Positions 12,654-23,128 of a stretch of 64,000 bases of DNA are shown in pieces. Source of the stretch: Trypanosoma brucei (Eukaryota); contig CH464491.1 of NCBI GenBank assembly GCA_000002445.1, positions 4,992,001 to 5,056,000 of the forward strand. The letters are read 5' to 3'. Numbering within the stretch: position 1 is the first letter of the stretch; each line of letters starts with the position of its first letter. Made by a program: the position numbers and the translations under genes. The notes beneath the pieces were generated by a model. That model did no database searches, was not told the origin of the DNA, and saw only the letters and a program-made list of their open reading frames with translations.

Positions 12654-13328
12654 GTTGGTGCTACTAGGTCTCCCTTAGGTCCGTTTTTGGGATGTAAACT
12701 AGTGTTATAGGGTTGTAGTCCTCCACTGCTGACATTGGCGCTGACAGGTTTTGTATTCAAGGTATATTACAAAATTTCACCGTGTGTGCGTGAGGCTATC
12801 TCATATTTATTGTTTAGCTTCCTTTTACAATTTCATAACCCTGAACAAATTCTATTCATTAGACACACCACGGGAAACAATATCATATTCAAAATTCCAT
12901 TTCTCTCCGTCAATCAAATAAGTATCAATCATATTAAAATCTTTTCTGCTAAATTTCCTTCTTTCCAATTCTTATACCAATTGATATTTTTCACAATAAG
13001 CTTCGCTCTTTCTTCCCATGCAATTATTTGTCCTTGAAAGTAAATGAATTAGGTTACACCAATCACCCCACTATTTGAAATAGTAAAAAATATCTCCTCA
13101 TAATCTAATCCAATCATTCCACTCTTCAAAACAAATCTCTGTCCAACAACTTCTTCTTGAATTGCACTCCAAATTGAAAATGGCTTGTAAATGCTTTGCT
13201 CGGAACACACTGCCATTCCTCACCTCCGTTAAGTAATTCCTAAATTGCATATTCAGATTTCTTAAACGCCAATACCCGTGTAATTACTCCACCGCCACTA
13301 AGATACGGTTTTACACTTGGAGGTGATT

Positions 13329-13715
13329 TTAGTAGGTAAGGTAGCTTCTTATCCTCTTCTTCTCTGAGTAAAGAGCCTTTAAAAACCAAAAACATCTCTG
13401 CATATGCTCATTGTGATCTGAGTTCATAAGCAAATCCAACTGAGGCGCATAACACTCTGATGTTGTCATGAATATAATGGGGGAAATATGCTTCTCTTTT
13501 ACTATATCTTCTCCAATAACCTTCTCTTCATTTTCCGCAATATTTTGTATAAAATATTCCACAGCATTTTCATACTTATTTCCATCACTAACTATAACAT
13601 CAGATCCGTCGGAATGAATTAAAATATCCTCGTCACTTACGTTCTGTCTTTCCAAAAAAGTCTATTACCCATCTAGGTCTTTTAAGATGGCTGTACAAAC
13701 CTTTCATCGCAATTG
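13329..13715 (-). pseudogene. Fragment of a conserved subtelomeric non-VSG gene family (possibly ESAG3-related), copy 1
   Basis: ORF 13329-13655 ...SDGSDVIVSDGNKYENAVEYFIQNIAENEEKVIGEDIVKEKHISPIIFMTTSECYAPQLDLLMNSDHNEHMQRCFWFLKALY... is homologous to 37314-37952 and 61417-61701. The upstream MKGLYSHLKRPRWV frame is broken. Confidence 0.6.
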
Positions 13716-13877
13716 TAATATTTCATAATTTTATTAATTTGACCAAGAATCCTTAATAAGCTAAAATGATACCAAACTCAAAAAAGCAGCATTCATCAGA
13801 GAAAATTTCTTATTTACAAGGAAACTGAAATCCTTGCATTCTTTTCCATCCCATTTGCAGCCATCTTTGCATTCCCC

Positions 13878-14602
13878 TTAAGTTTTCTTTTTGGTGAACT
13901 TTTTGCCTTCCGCACTTGTTGCTGCAGCTCCCTCCTCTGCTTCGTTTATCTGTCCTTCTCCATCTTTGGGGTTGCATGTTCCATCTGTTTCCGATTTCCC
14001 TTCCAATTTGCAGTTATTGTTTGTGCAGGTCGAGTTCGCGGTATGGGTGGCGCAGGTATCCGCCTTATTTTGTTCCACTTTTCCTTGGATGCCGGCGGTT
14101 TGTTGCGCTGTTTGTGCTATTTCTGGCGCAAAACTGCGTGGGTTTTCTAGAGCTCTGGCACGTGCGGCCAGCACAGCCAATTGTTTACTTCGCTCGTTGA
14201 CGAGGTTGTCATGTTTTTCTCGTGCTTCTAGAGCTGCTGCGAGTTCCTCCATGTCTTTGAGCCATGGGGTTTCCGGGTCTTTAAATATTTCGTGGGGTTT
14301 TTTGTTTGACAATTTGATGCACCTGCCGTTGTTTTGTTTCCCGTTGCAGTTTGTTTGGAACACTCCTAGGTATGTGCTGGTGCCGTCGGTTGTTGCGAGG
14401 CGTGCGATTTTGTTTAGTGCTTGGCGTATCGTGCGGTATGTAGTTTTCTGTTTGTGCTCGTCTGTTATGCATTTGCCTGCGATCTCCCTGGCGGCGTTCT
14501 GATACGGTGCGCCGCTGTTCTGCCACACGTTGGCGGCGGTTTGGCCTTTGAAGCAAATGTCGTCAAATTCGCCGTTCGCTTCTCCTTGGCAGACACAGCT
14601 CA
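13878..14602 (-). pseudogene. VSG: VSG (b-type), C-terminal two-thirds; the 3' part of a VSG split by a retroelement
   Basis: ORF 13878-14984 from ...MSCVCQGEANGEFDDICFKGQTAANVWQNSGAPYQNAAREIAGKCITDEHK... through the C-terminal domain ...NSTCTNNNCKLEGKSETDGTCNPKDGEG. VSG homology begins immediately 3' of the A10 run. Confidence 0.8.
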
Positions 14603-16190
14603 TTTTTTTTTTGGAATTTTCTTCGTGCCTTCGTGAGAGTTTCCCCCCACTGGCGCGGCCATCAGCCATCACCGTAGAGCCCTGAGATGCTATCGGTCTG
14701 GCGACTGTGGCAGAGTCTCCCTTTTTATTCATCCTAACACACCCTCTATAATTTTTGTTGTAGCTCCGCAGTTGAACGGAATACAGCAGGTGGGGCGAGA
14801 AGCCCCCCTCACTCCGGACTCTCCAAAAGATGTCAATTAGCAATCCTTTTGTTTTGATTTTTGTTATTCGTTTATTATTCTCTTCCCCTCTTTCTGTTTC
14901 TGTTGCTTGTTGATTGCATACCCCCTCTGTCTCTGAGGGTGTCTGGACTATTCCTGCGTCCGGTGCTTTTCCTGCTAGCTCCACACTCGGTAATAAGGGG
15001 GGAAGTTGCAGAAGGGAGAGTGGGTTGTATGACTGTTACCTTAGGTGAGGACTTCACCTGTGGCCGGCTCCGTTCAACCGCAATGAGAAACTGCGCCAGC
15101 CTTTTAGAGAAACATACATCCTGCACACACTCACCTTCTACCGCAAACCTGACACGTAACTCCTTCAAACCGGGACAGCTCATCAGGTGCAGCGACGTTT
15201 CTTCGCAGTCGCCGCGTTGGCTGGTAACAGCGCGCTCTACCTTCATACCGTGCATCTTCTTTTGATGTAGGGTGAGGCCAGTTTTGCTAGCACACTGCCT
15301 TCCGCATGTCGGGCACACCAACATGGATGTGTTTGTATGCGGGGAATCAGTGGCACACAATTTTGTGCTTTTGCTGCATTTAAGCTCGACTCCCTCACCT
15401 TTGTGGAAAGCCTTACAGTGTCGGATGAGGGAGTCCCTGCAACTGAGCACTTTTTGGCACACACCACACTGCACCTCGCCTTTCCCCGGGACGTCAACGT
15501 TTCCCTCACGGGCACGCTTACGAGGGAATTGCACCAACACCACGGTACCGTCCTCCGTCACTATGCTTTTATGTTTGAATTTCTTGTGTAGTGACAGGGA
15601 AGAACGTGTACCGAAGCTCGCCTCGCACAGGTCACATTGAAACGGCAGCTTCCGTGTATCCTGAGAGGCTGGCGGTGCTGGGGCTCTACCATCTCCTTGC
15701 AATGAGTCTTCGTTCTCTCGTCCCCTTTTCACGCGGCAACTACCGCTACCTATGCCATGTATTGTTCTAAGGTGGTGTAATAGTCGGCCTGGCACTGCGA
15801 ATTTGGAGGCACAGAGGGTACAATGAAGCACCTGCGGTCTCATCGGGACTCGTGTGCTCGATGGTAGAGGAACGATCGCCACCACTGGAGGGGGCTCCGG
15901 GGGGATATCCACTGCAGGTGTTGCATCGCCGTATTTGATCCTCCGGAGGGCATAAGCTCGCACAAAGCCATGTTTGTTTACCATATGCGTTACAGCACTC
16001 GAGCGGCATTGGTATGTGGCATCACATTCCGTACATTTGGTCGGTTCGGAGGTTCTCTGAAGAGTGCGTGTCGCAACAGGTGTGGCCGTTTGTATTGTTG
16101 GCCCTATTGCTGCATGTTGCGGGTTACACCATCGGCACTGTGGAGGCACACTCGGGTTGATCTTTCGCAACATCCATCCANNNNNNNNNN
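14603..16190 (-). mobile_element. Non-LTR retrotransposon 3' fragment (ingi/L1Tc-clade-like) with an A10 tail, inserted in a VSG
   Basis: The minus strand reads ...GAAAATTCC-A10-TGAGCTGTGTCTGCC, with the A10 at 14603-14612 directly abutting VSG coding sequence. The 1.58 kb upstream of the tail encodes a multi-C2H2 zinc-finger ORF. The 5' side is lost in the N gap. Confidence 0.55.
14875..16173 (-). CDS. Retroelement ORF fragment, C-terminal region with five C2H2 zinc-finger motifs
   Basis: 432-aa ORF open at its 5' end (runs into the gap). Motifs: CTECDATYQCRSSAVTHMVNKHG, CTLCASKFAVPGRLLHHLRTIHG, CDLCEASFGTRSSLSLHKKFKHK, CGVCQKVLSCRDSLIRHCKAFHK and CPTCGRQCASKTGLTLHQKKMHG. Confidence 0.55.
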   Translation of the reverse strand: MLRKINPSVPPQCRWCNPQHAAIGPTIQTATPVATRTLQRTSEPTKCTECDATYQCRSSAVTHMVNKHGFVRAYALRRIKYGDATPAVDIPPEPPPVVAIVPLPSSTRVPMRPQVLHCTLCASKFAVPGRLLHHLRTIHGIGSGSCRVKRGRENEDSLQGDGRAPAPPASQDTRKLPFQCDLCEASFGTRSSLSLHKKFKHKSIVTEDGTVVLVQFPRKRAREGNVDVPGKGEVQCGVCQKVLSCRDSLIRHCKAFHKGEGVELKCSKSTKLCATDSPHTNTSMLVCPTCGRQCASKTGLTLHQKKMHGMKVERAVTSQRGDCEETSLHLMSCPGLKELRVRFAVEGECVQDVCFSKRLAQFLIAVERSRPQVKSSPKVTVIQPTLPSATSPLITECGASRKSTGRRNSPDTLRDRGGMQSTSNRNRKRGRE

Positions 16191-16280
16191 NNNNNNNNNN
16201 NNNNNNNNNNNNNNNNNNNNNNNNNNNNNNNNNNNNNNNNNNNNNNNNNNNNNNNNNNNNNNNNNNNNNNNNNNNNNNNN
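16191..16280. other. Assembly gap (90 N)
   Basis: A run of n characters. Confidence 0.99.
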
Positions 16281-16288
16281 GGACGACT

Positions 16289-16828
16289 CTAGACGTTCCT
16301 TCTGTCCGTTTCGATGTCTGCAGATTTTATTAGTGTGCCCGATGTTTCCTGTGCCTGTGCCAGTGTGGCTAACTCGACTGCTGTGTCGGCTATTATGGCT
16401 AGTTCAGCTTTGGCGGCCTGAAGTTGGGCGGCTGATAGGCGCGAGTAGTGCTTTTCGGTGGCTTTTGGCTTCCCAGGAGTGTCCTCGAGGCTTTTAATGC
16501 TTTCGATCCAGTCGTCCCACATTTTGTCCCAGTCAGCCTGTGCTGCGCCTTTTTTTGGCTTTTCTGTCGGCCATTGATCTGGTTTTTTGCTGTCGGCGAA
16601 TAATTGTTTCCATGAGTTGTCTGCGACGCTCATGTTACGCTTGATTATCTCCTTGTAGTCTGCTGTTTTGGTTGTTAGTGCCGCTGGGATATCTGGTGCG
16701 TTTTGTAACAAGCGCGCTAGCTCGCATAAGGCTCCGAAAACTTAGGTGTTTTGGCCGTTGTGGGCATTTCCGGCCCTGGCTGTTGCTGTAGCAAAAGCAA
16801 TCAGAACACCTATACAAAAATAATTCAT
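16289..16828 (-). pseudogene. VSG: VSG (b-type) N-terminal part; the 5' half of the VSG interrupted by gap and retroelement
   Basis: MNYFCIGVLIAFATATARA (signal; in-frame stop at 16742-16744), then ORF 16289-16711 ...DWDKMWDDWIESIKSLEDTPGKPKATEKHYSRLSAAQLQAAKAELAIIADTAVELATLAQAQETSGTLIKSADIETD..., ending at the gap. Confidence 0.75.
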
Positions 16829-18391
16829 ATAGTTATGCCTCTCTTCCAGGTGTATTTTGGCGTCTTGCTGTGGGTTGTGTTTGTTAAGGGTGTGGTAAGA
16901 AGATGGAAAGTGGTTTTTAACGATTTTTAGGATTATGCTTATGGCCGAGTCGCATACTTTATTGCACACCTAAGAACAAACGCTACTAGTCAGTTGTGGC
17001 ATTTTTTTGCATTTCTACCACTGCAAAATTTAACAAAAAATGCTCCTATTATTGCTGGCTGTGCTACCTTACTATTTTCGTACCGTTCGCTGCTAATTCT
17101 TACTTTCGAATGTACGCAAGATCTTCTCTGTGGATTCTGTATATGCGTGTTTCTAGACCTCTGGTATTCTTTTTAACACCGCTAGTGCACGATAAGCAAT
17201 GCACAGTACAAACCTCAGTATATGTTTAACTCATTGACGCATAAAACACGATTTCGTTTCTGACTTTCTGTCCTTGTGCAATTATTTTGCCTGCTTACTA
17301 GTTTTTCTCTGTGCTTTCTTAAAAGCTCATGAGTTAATGGCGATTCTATTCGTGAAAAAGTCTCTACCGATAAGCTGGAGTCCGCTTTATTTCCTTAGGT
17401 AGTTTGTTTTCCCAATTTTGGCTTTATTTTCGTGTACTTTTCACCTTTAGATTTCAATCCAAACGATGTTTTTGCCTCCACACAGTTGCACTCCTATCGA
17501 GTTCTTTGTCACTTAAAGATACAAAAGCCTCTAATGGAATTGAATGCTTATGAGAAATATCTGGAGCTTGGTGGGCTCTGACTTCTAGATTGGATCCACC
17601 AGGGTTGTATAGTTAGCTTGTTTCAAATCCACCAAATCATACATTTACGATTGCTTGTAACACTTTTGTATATTTAAGACTATAAAACATGATTTTCTTT
17701 TTTTTATATAGTAGCTCTGAAAAAGAAACTCGGCGTATTAATGCCAGTAAATATCTCCGTTTCTATACCTTGTGGTGCAGTAGAGGTTATATTACTTTAT
17801 TATTTTAAGGTGTTCTTTCGCTTGTTGCTAAATAATCAAAATTTACTGCTATTGTGGGTTTTTGTCACATATTTTTGTGCAAGCATCAGATGTTTGTATT
17901 AGATATACTTTCTTACTTCGATAATTTGAACCACAAAAAGTACTTTTATATGAGTTTCATGGCCTTTATCACTTTAATTATTTGTTACAGATTGATTTAC
18001 ATTCATTATAGCGCCTTGTATTTAAATTATACATTACTCGATGAGTTACTTCGAGCATATAAGCCGTGCCACACCTTTTCACATTCCACTTTATATAACC
18101 GTTTTTTCGTGGTATATTGATTTTATCTCCTCTACAAACTGGACTTTGTATCTCCCTCATTACCCACTTCGTCATCTCTTTGTGTATAATGATACCCGGC
18201 GTAATGTTTTGTGTTTGAAGTTTCATATCTTCTACATACCCCTCTAACTTTCTCTCCTTCTTTTCATAATATTCCTTGTGCTCTCAATCTATCATAATAA
18301 CATACTTACACTTACTCTCGTTAAACACACTTGTTATTGTTTAAAGTTCTTTAAGTTTTGCTTTCTAATCGCTCTGCTACATTGCTCATTT

Positions 18392-18535
18392 TATAATATT
18401 CGTATATACACACTCACAATACCCTCTTATTATTATTATCATTATTACTATTATTATTATTATTACTGCTCTCATTATAATATTCGTATATACACACTCC
18501 TAATGCTTTCTTTTAATTACTATTACTTTATTACT
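18392..18535 (-). repeat. 70-bp repeat tract (2 copies)
   Basis: Two cores, TATAATATTCGTATATACACACTCACAATACCCTCTTATTATTATTATC and ...TATAATATTCGTATATACACACTCCTAATGC. Confidence 0.85.
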
Positions 18536-18753
18536 ATATGACTATAATCTTAACTATTATCCAAAAAACAATATAAACTAAATTATAACATTTCTTAATA
18601 TTACTCATTTTCATACGCTATGACTCTACTACGTTAGTCCCATAAGCCACACTCACACCAAATTCTAATAATTTTAACATTTTCATAAAAAGGTGTTAAA
18701 GTGTATTAAATTTTATGAAAATTAATGAAGTTTATAAAATTCTATGGAAATTC

Positions 18754-20280
18754 TTATAGTGCTACCAAACTCATAAAACCAGCAGCTATCAGAGCCAATT
18801 TCTTATTGAGGAGAAAACTGAAATCCTGACATTTGCCTTCAATCCAACCACAAACATATTTCTTTTCCTCCTTTGGTTTTCCTGCCACCTTGGCGCATTG
18901 TTCTAAGTCCGTACACTGGCTGCAGTTAGGGCATGTTCTCTCTGCAGCTCCCTCTCCTGTTTCTGCTGCATTTGCTTATCCTTCCCCCTCTTTAGGTTTG
19001 CATGTTCCATCTGTTTCAGTTTTTCCTTCCCATTTGCAGCTGCTGTCTGCTGTGCAGGTCGCGTTTGATTTGTGACTGTCGCAGATAGGTGGATTTGCAA
19101 TTGGATTTGGACTTTTTGTGGCATAAATTTTGGCTGCTGCTGTTCTATTAAAAACAAGTTCAACTTGGCCTCTAAGGGCTTTGATGGTTGCCTCCGTCCT
19201 TCGCTTTTCCTGATGTGCATGGTCCGCTTTTTTCAGTTTTTCAACTGCGTCCAGCAGATGTTGTTCCCAGGCTATGGCTGTCGCTGCGGCGCTTGATGTT
19301 AAAGGGTATGCCTTTGTGAAGTCGGCGCAGGCCGATGCTGCTCGATCATCGCAGTGCTGGCTGCCGCTATGGCTCCCTAGATGTATCATATCGCCGGCAT
19401 TGTCCGTCCGAGTTTTGAGCATACCGAACAGCTGACCAAGCTTTTGGAATATGAACTCCGATGTCACTTTGGCGTTGGTATGTTTTTTGCATATGGCATC
19501 TAGGCCGGCGTACTGAGCCGGGGCATCCGTCGGCGATGTCCAGGTTAGCGTCGGCGTTACTGCGTTACCGCAGATGTCGGTCGTTGCTGTCCCGCCATCT
19601 TTCGTGCAGACGCAAAGCAACGTTAGGAAAGGCGCCTTGCCGACAGATGGCAGTGCGCACATCGTTTGTCGATCGCCGCCTGTGGGTGCGATACATTTGT
19701 TGTTTGGATTTTTGCCGGCTGTACTTTGACCGAACGCCGCCAATTCGAGATCTGCCTTAATTTTTGTTGCAGCCTCGTCCAGGTCTGGCTTGTATCTGTT
19801 GTTGTAGCTGTCTTTCAGCTGAAGTTCTGCGGCTGTTATGGCTGCAGCCTGTCGCGCTGCCGCTTGCCCTTGTAGTGAAAGCTTCTGTTCGTTGGAAATT
19901 TGAATCTTTTTTGTCAATTTTCCTTCTCCGTATGCTTTTATGCTGCTTGCTTGCCATTATAACCACTGTTTTTTGCATTGCTCTTGTGTTGAAGGGTCTT
20001 TGCAGTTTGGAGCATCTTCTTTGGCTGTTGTGGCTGATTTTGCGAATTGTCTGGTCCAGTCTGGGCCTGCGAGTGTTATGTTAACGGCTTTTATTGCATT
20101 TAGGTCGTCTTCGGAAATCCCTGGCTCAGACAATCCAATTATTGAGGTCTCAGCTAAGTTTATTAAGCTGCACAAAGTTTCCATTTCGGCAAGGTTTTTG
20201 GCTTTGTTGGTGCCGGCATCTGCTTGTTGCGCGAATCCGCATGCCGAAAGCAACATAAAAGCTACGATATCAGAGCGCAT
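18754..20280 (-). pseudogene. VSG: VSG pseudogene (a-type): one in-frame stop plus a frameshift in the C-terminal domain
   Basis: Signal/N-term MRSDIVAFMLLSACGFAQQADAGTNKAKNLAEMETLCSLINLAE (ORF 19957-20280). The same frame continues after a stop at 19957-19959 into ORF 18976-19917 (...SSCKWEGKTETDGTCKPKEGEG). The C-terminal end is in another frame: ...KKYVCGWIEGKCQDFSFLLNKKLALIAAGFMSLVAL*. Confidence 0.8.
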
Positions 20281-21817
20281 GCTTCCTGTCTTGTTTCAAC
20301 GAGTGTTCCGCGCTCGTAGCCAGATGGTTTTAAATTAAAAGGCCGCTGATGGAACAGGTAAACAGATGGTCAGGGATTTGGCTGTCGCTTTTTTTACTCA
20401 TCAGTGAAGATTAATATTGCCGGTACAGTATTTTCAATATAACGGACTAGGTTTACCATTACACATCTGTATCGTTCACTGTCATAGAACATCAAATAGC
20501 GGTGCATCAAATTTGTTTCGTATTAACTGAGGTAAGTGACAAACTCATTAAAATATGCAACTTATCATTATATATGAGTGCATTTTCCATATGTTCAATA
20601 TGTGAAATGTTTGGTATCTCCCAACAAACGCGTGGAAATTATGACAAAATTTTAGCATGAATTTTGATTTTAAACACGATTACACTTATACTCTTAACCC
20701 ATCCTGTTTTTAATCAATTGCATTTATGTCTCAAGCCAGTCCTTTAATTGTTGCATATACTAAAAATAAATATAGAGAGTTAGAAATTCTTATATTATGG
20801 TTTCTATTTTGTTCGACATGCTGCTACCTTCGTGTTGATAAATTTCCCATCTGCAACAATACAACGGCTGTGTTCAGGCAGTATGCGTGATAGTGGTTGA
20901 GGCTAGTGCGAACAACAGCTGATTTCACATTCCTTGAGCTTACCATTTGGTAGTTTGGGGCCTTGCTTCAACATCCTTTGTTGTAGCGTCCTTGGGCCCA
21001 CCAAAAATGAAGATTCGCCTCGATTTAAATGTTTAGCACTATGTCGTTGAGTGCAACTAAAGATTGGTGTTTATGCATATCTGTAATTTTCTCGGTTACG
21101 TTACCAATTATATCTTATTTATAAAACTTCTCCAACGGTTTACAAATACATATTTTAAGAAGTTTACACGTTTCCTTCTTTTCTAAGTACTCAAGGAAAT
21201 CCATTGGTAAATCTTGTTTTAAAGACTATCTCCATATAATATAATAATTATCCAGATAAATGTTGAACACTATTAATAAATCTAAGTAAAAGAAGACTTT
21301 GATATAAATTTATACATATCTAATACATTCCTCCATCTGTTTGTAGTGCTTCACAGCTGGATATTAGGATCCACCATCAGATAAAAATATACAGCTACAA
21401 GCATCTATGCTGTAGTATCTATTCATTTTTGACTGAAACACAAGGATTCACAAGTTTCCGTAACATATTATTGTACTGTGTAGTGCCATATCCAGTTTTT
21501 CCTTCTGTATTTTCTTTTCTTCTTTTTCATCTTTTGTTTCTCCTTCCCTGTATGACGAAGCGACTCCATTTTCCCTGTACATCACATCCTTCAACTTCAT
21601 AATTGTCCCCTATGTTACCGTTGGGTAAATGACGGTGATACCCACCACCACGGTAGCGTATTTAACTGCGCACATACCATCTCCCTCTCTTTTCTGCGTT
21701 TTCTTTAGCATTATAATTGTTTTTTGTCACTCACATTTTCTCAATTTCAACCATTTCACCCATATCATTTCCTGGACTGCTTCTATTTCTGTTTTCAAAC
21801 CATTTTTCATCAACACA

Positions 21818-21963
21818 TTATAATATTTGTATATACACACTCACAACACTCTCCTATTATTATTATTATTATTATTATTAGTATCATTATTATTATTACT
21901 ACTGCTCTTATTATAATATTCGTATATACACACTTACAACACTCTCTTATTATTATTATTATC

Positions 21964-22037
<74 letters not shown>

Positions 22038-22040
22038 CAC
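21818..22040 (-). repeat. 70-bp repeat tract (2 copies) with an expanded (TAA)n run of about 100 bp
   Basis: Two TTCGTATATACACAC(T)TACAACACTCTC cores. An uninterrupted run of about 27 TTA units spans 21960-22040. Confidence 0.85.
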
Positions 22041-22185
22041 TTTTACTGCCTTAAAAAATATCCACAAGACAAGAAAATGAACCAAATTATAAAATTTCTT
22101 ATGAGCACTAATTTTTCATACTCTATTACTGCAATTCTTTGCACCGGTAACCTACTTTTAAAAATTTAGAGCCTTATATGAAAAA

Positions 22186-22201
22186 CTGTTAAAATATATC
22201 A
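22186..22201 (-). promoter_or_regulatory. VSG 3'UTR 16-mer (one mismatch)
   Basis: Plus strand CTGTTAAAATATATCA. Confidence 0.6.
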
Positions 22202-22309
22202 AATGTTTTTTAAAAAATTGAAAAACACTGACGAAATAGCAAAATTTCATAAAATTAACAAATGTGAACGAAAATCCTTATAATTAAATTAAACTCACCA
22301 AATCAGCAG

Positions 22310-22650
22310 CCATACTCAGAGCCAATTTCTTATTGACGGGAAGACTGGAAGAGAGTCACTCAGATTTGGGAGGTTTGCCCTCTTGGTTTTGGTGTAAAAG
22401 TTATCCAACCACATTTGCAGGGGAAAGAAGTTGGGAGTCCTTCATTCTCTTTTTCACAAAATGTCTGATCCTGGTGGGTAGAGCAGTCAGTTTTCCCATC
22501 TTTCTCTCCCGATCCTTGGCTTGCTTTTCTAGATCTTGTTTCACTTCCTTTTTCAACTCACACGTGTCTCTGACATCGTTAAAAACGCACCTCTGGCAGT
22601 TGAACGGCTTTAGACGTCGGGCGCCAGCGACAGATTGTGCCACTGAGGGT
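22310..22650 (-). pseudogene. VSG: Orphan VSG C-terminal domain/GPI-signal remnant
   Basis: ORF 22401-22643 ...FNCQRCVFNDVRDTCELKKEVKQDLEKQAKDRERKMGKLTALPTRIRHF..., with the same motif as the VSG C-terminal domain at 2388 (KMGNLNTLATRIRFF). It lies immediately downstream of the 3'UTR of the VSG at 23129-24700. Confidence 0.6.
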
Positions 22651-22880
22651 TAATTGCTTATTTTCATAATCTTCTTGTGACAAATATCTCCCTATTTCCT
22701 TAACTTTCCCTTTAAAAGCAAATCTTTCCGCGCAACGAAACTGCTACGCACCAGCTTTAAAAAGAACAGCGTGCAGCGCCTTCGCCTACGTACAAGATTT
22801 TTAAAAAAATTAAGCACCGCTTCACGTGCGGAAGGCGAATAAGCGTTAGTGTCCGCATCAAGAAAGGGCCGCTGCATTAC
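22560..22880 (-). repeat. Dispersed duplicate (copy A) of a VSG 3'-flank module; the other copy is about 34190-34470
   Basis: Shared strings GTTAAAAACGCACCTCTGGCAGTTGAACGGC...GCCAGCGACAGAT and CGCAACGAAACTGCTACGCACCAGC...AAGGGCCGCTGCATTACATTAAAAA, against GTTAAAAACACGCCCCTGGAAGTTTAGCGGC...GCCAGCGGCAGAT and TGCAACGAAACTGCCACGCGCCAGC...AAGAGCCGCTGATTCATTAAAAAA. Confidence 0.6.
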
Positions 22881-23046
22881 ATTAAAAACATGGAAAATTA
22901 CAAAAAAATACAAAAAAAAGAGGAAAATTAAAACCTTTAAAAAACTCAAGAGAAAAAAGGGGAATTTTTGAGCCATCAACAAAAATTTTACAGAATCACA
23001 AACTTTTTCAAACTTTACAAAAACAGCTCATTTTTCGGTGAATTAC

Positions 23047-23062
23047 GTGTTAAAATATATCA
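23047..23062 (-). promoter_or_regulatory. VSG 3'UTR 16-mer (perfect)
   Basis: Plus strand GTGTTAAAATATATCA is the reverse complement of TGATATATTTTAACAC. It lies 67 nt downstream of the stop of the VSG at 23129. Confidence 0.85.
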
Positions 23063-23128
23063 GAAGTTTCAAATAGAAAAATTTTTAGCAAAGTTTTAGC
23101 AAGAAAAAGTTGAGGGGGAAAAATTCTT

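Noticed and set aside
20940..21010. GC-richer stretch (ggggccttgcttcaac...ttgggcccacc) briefly considered as a tRNA or snRNA
   Set aside because: It cannot be folded into a cloverleaf by eye and has no A/B box-like motifs at the right spacing.
21724..22085. ORFs made of poly-Ile/poly-Asn (21724-22080, 21810-22085, 38725-39417, 39018-39320, 6459-6704)
   Set aside because: These are translations of the (TAA)n/(ATT)n runs in 70-bp repeats, not genes.
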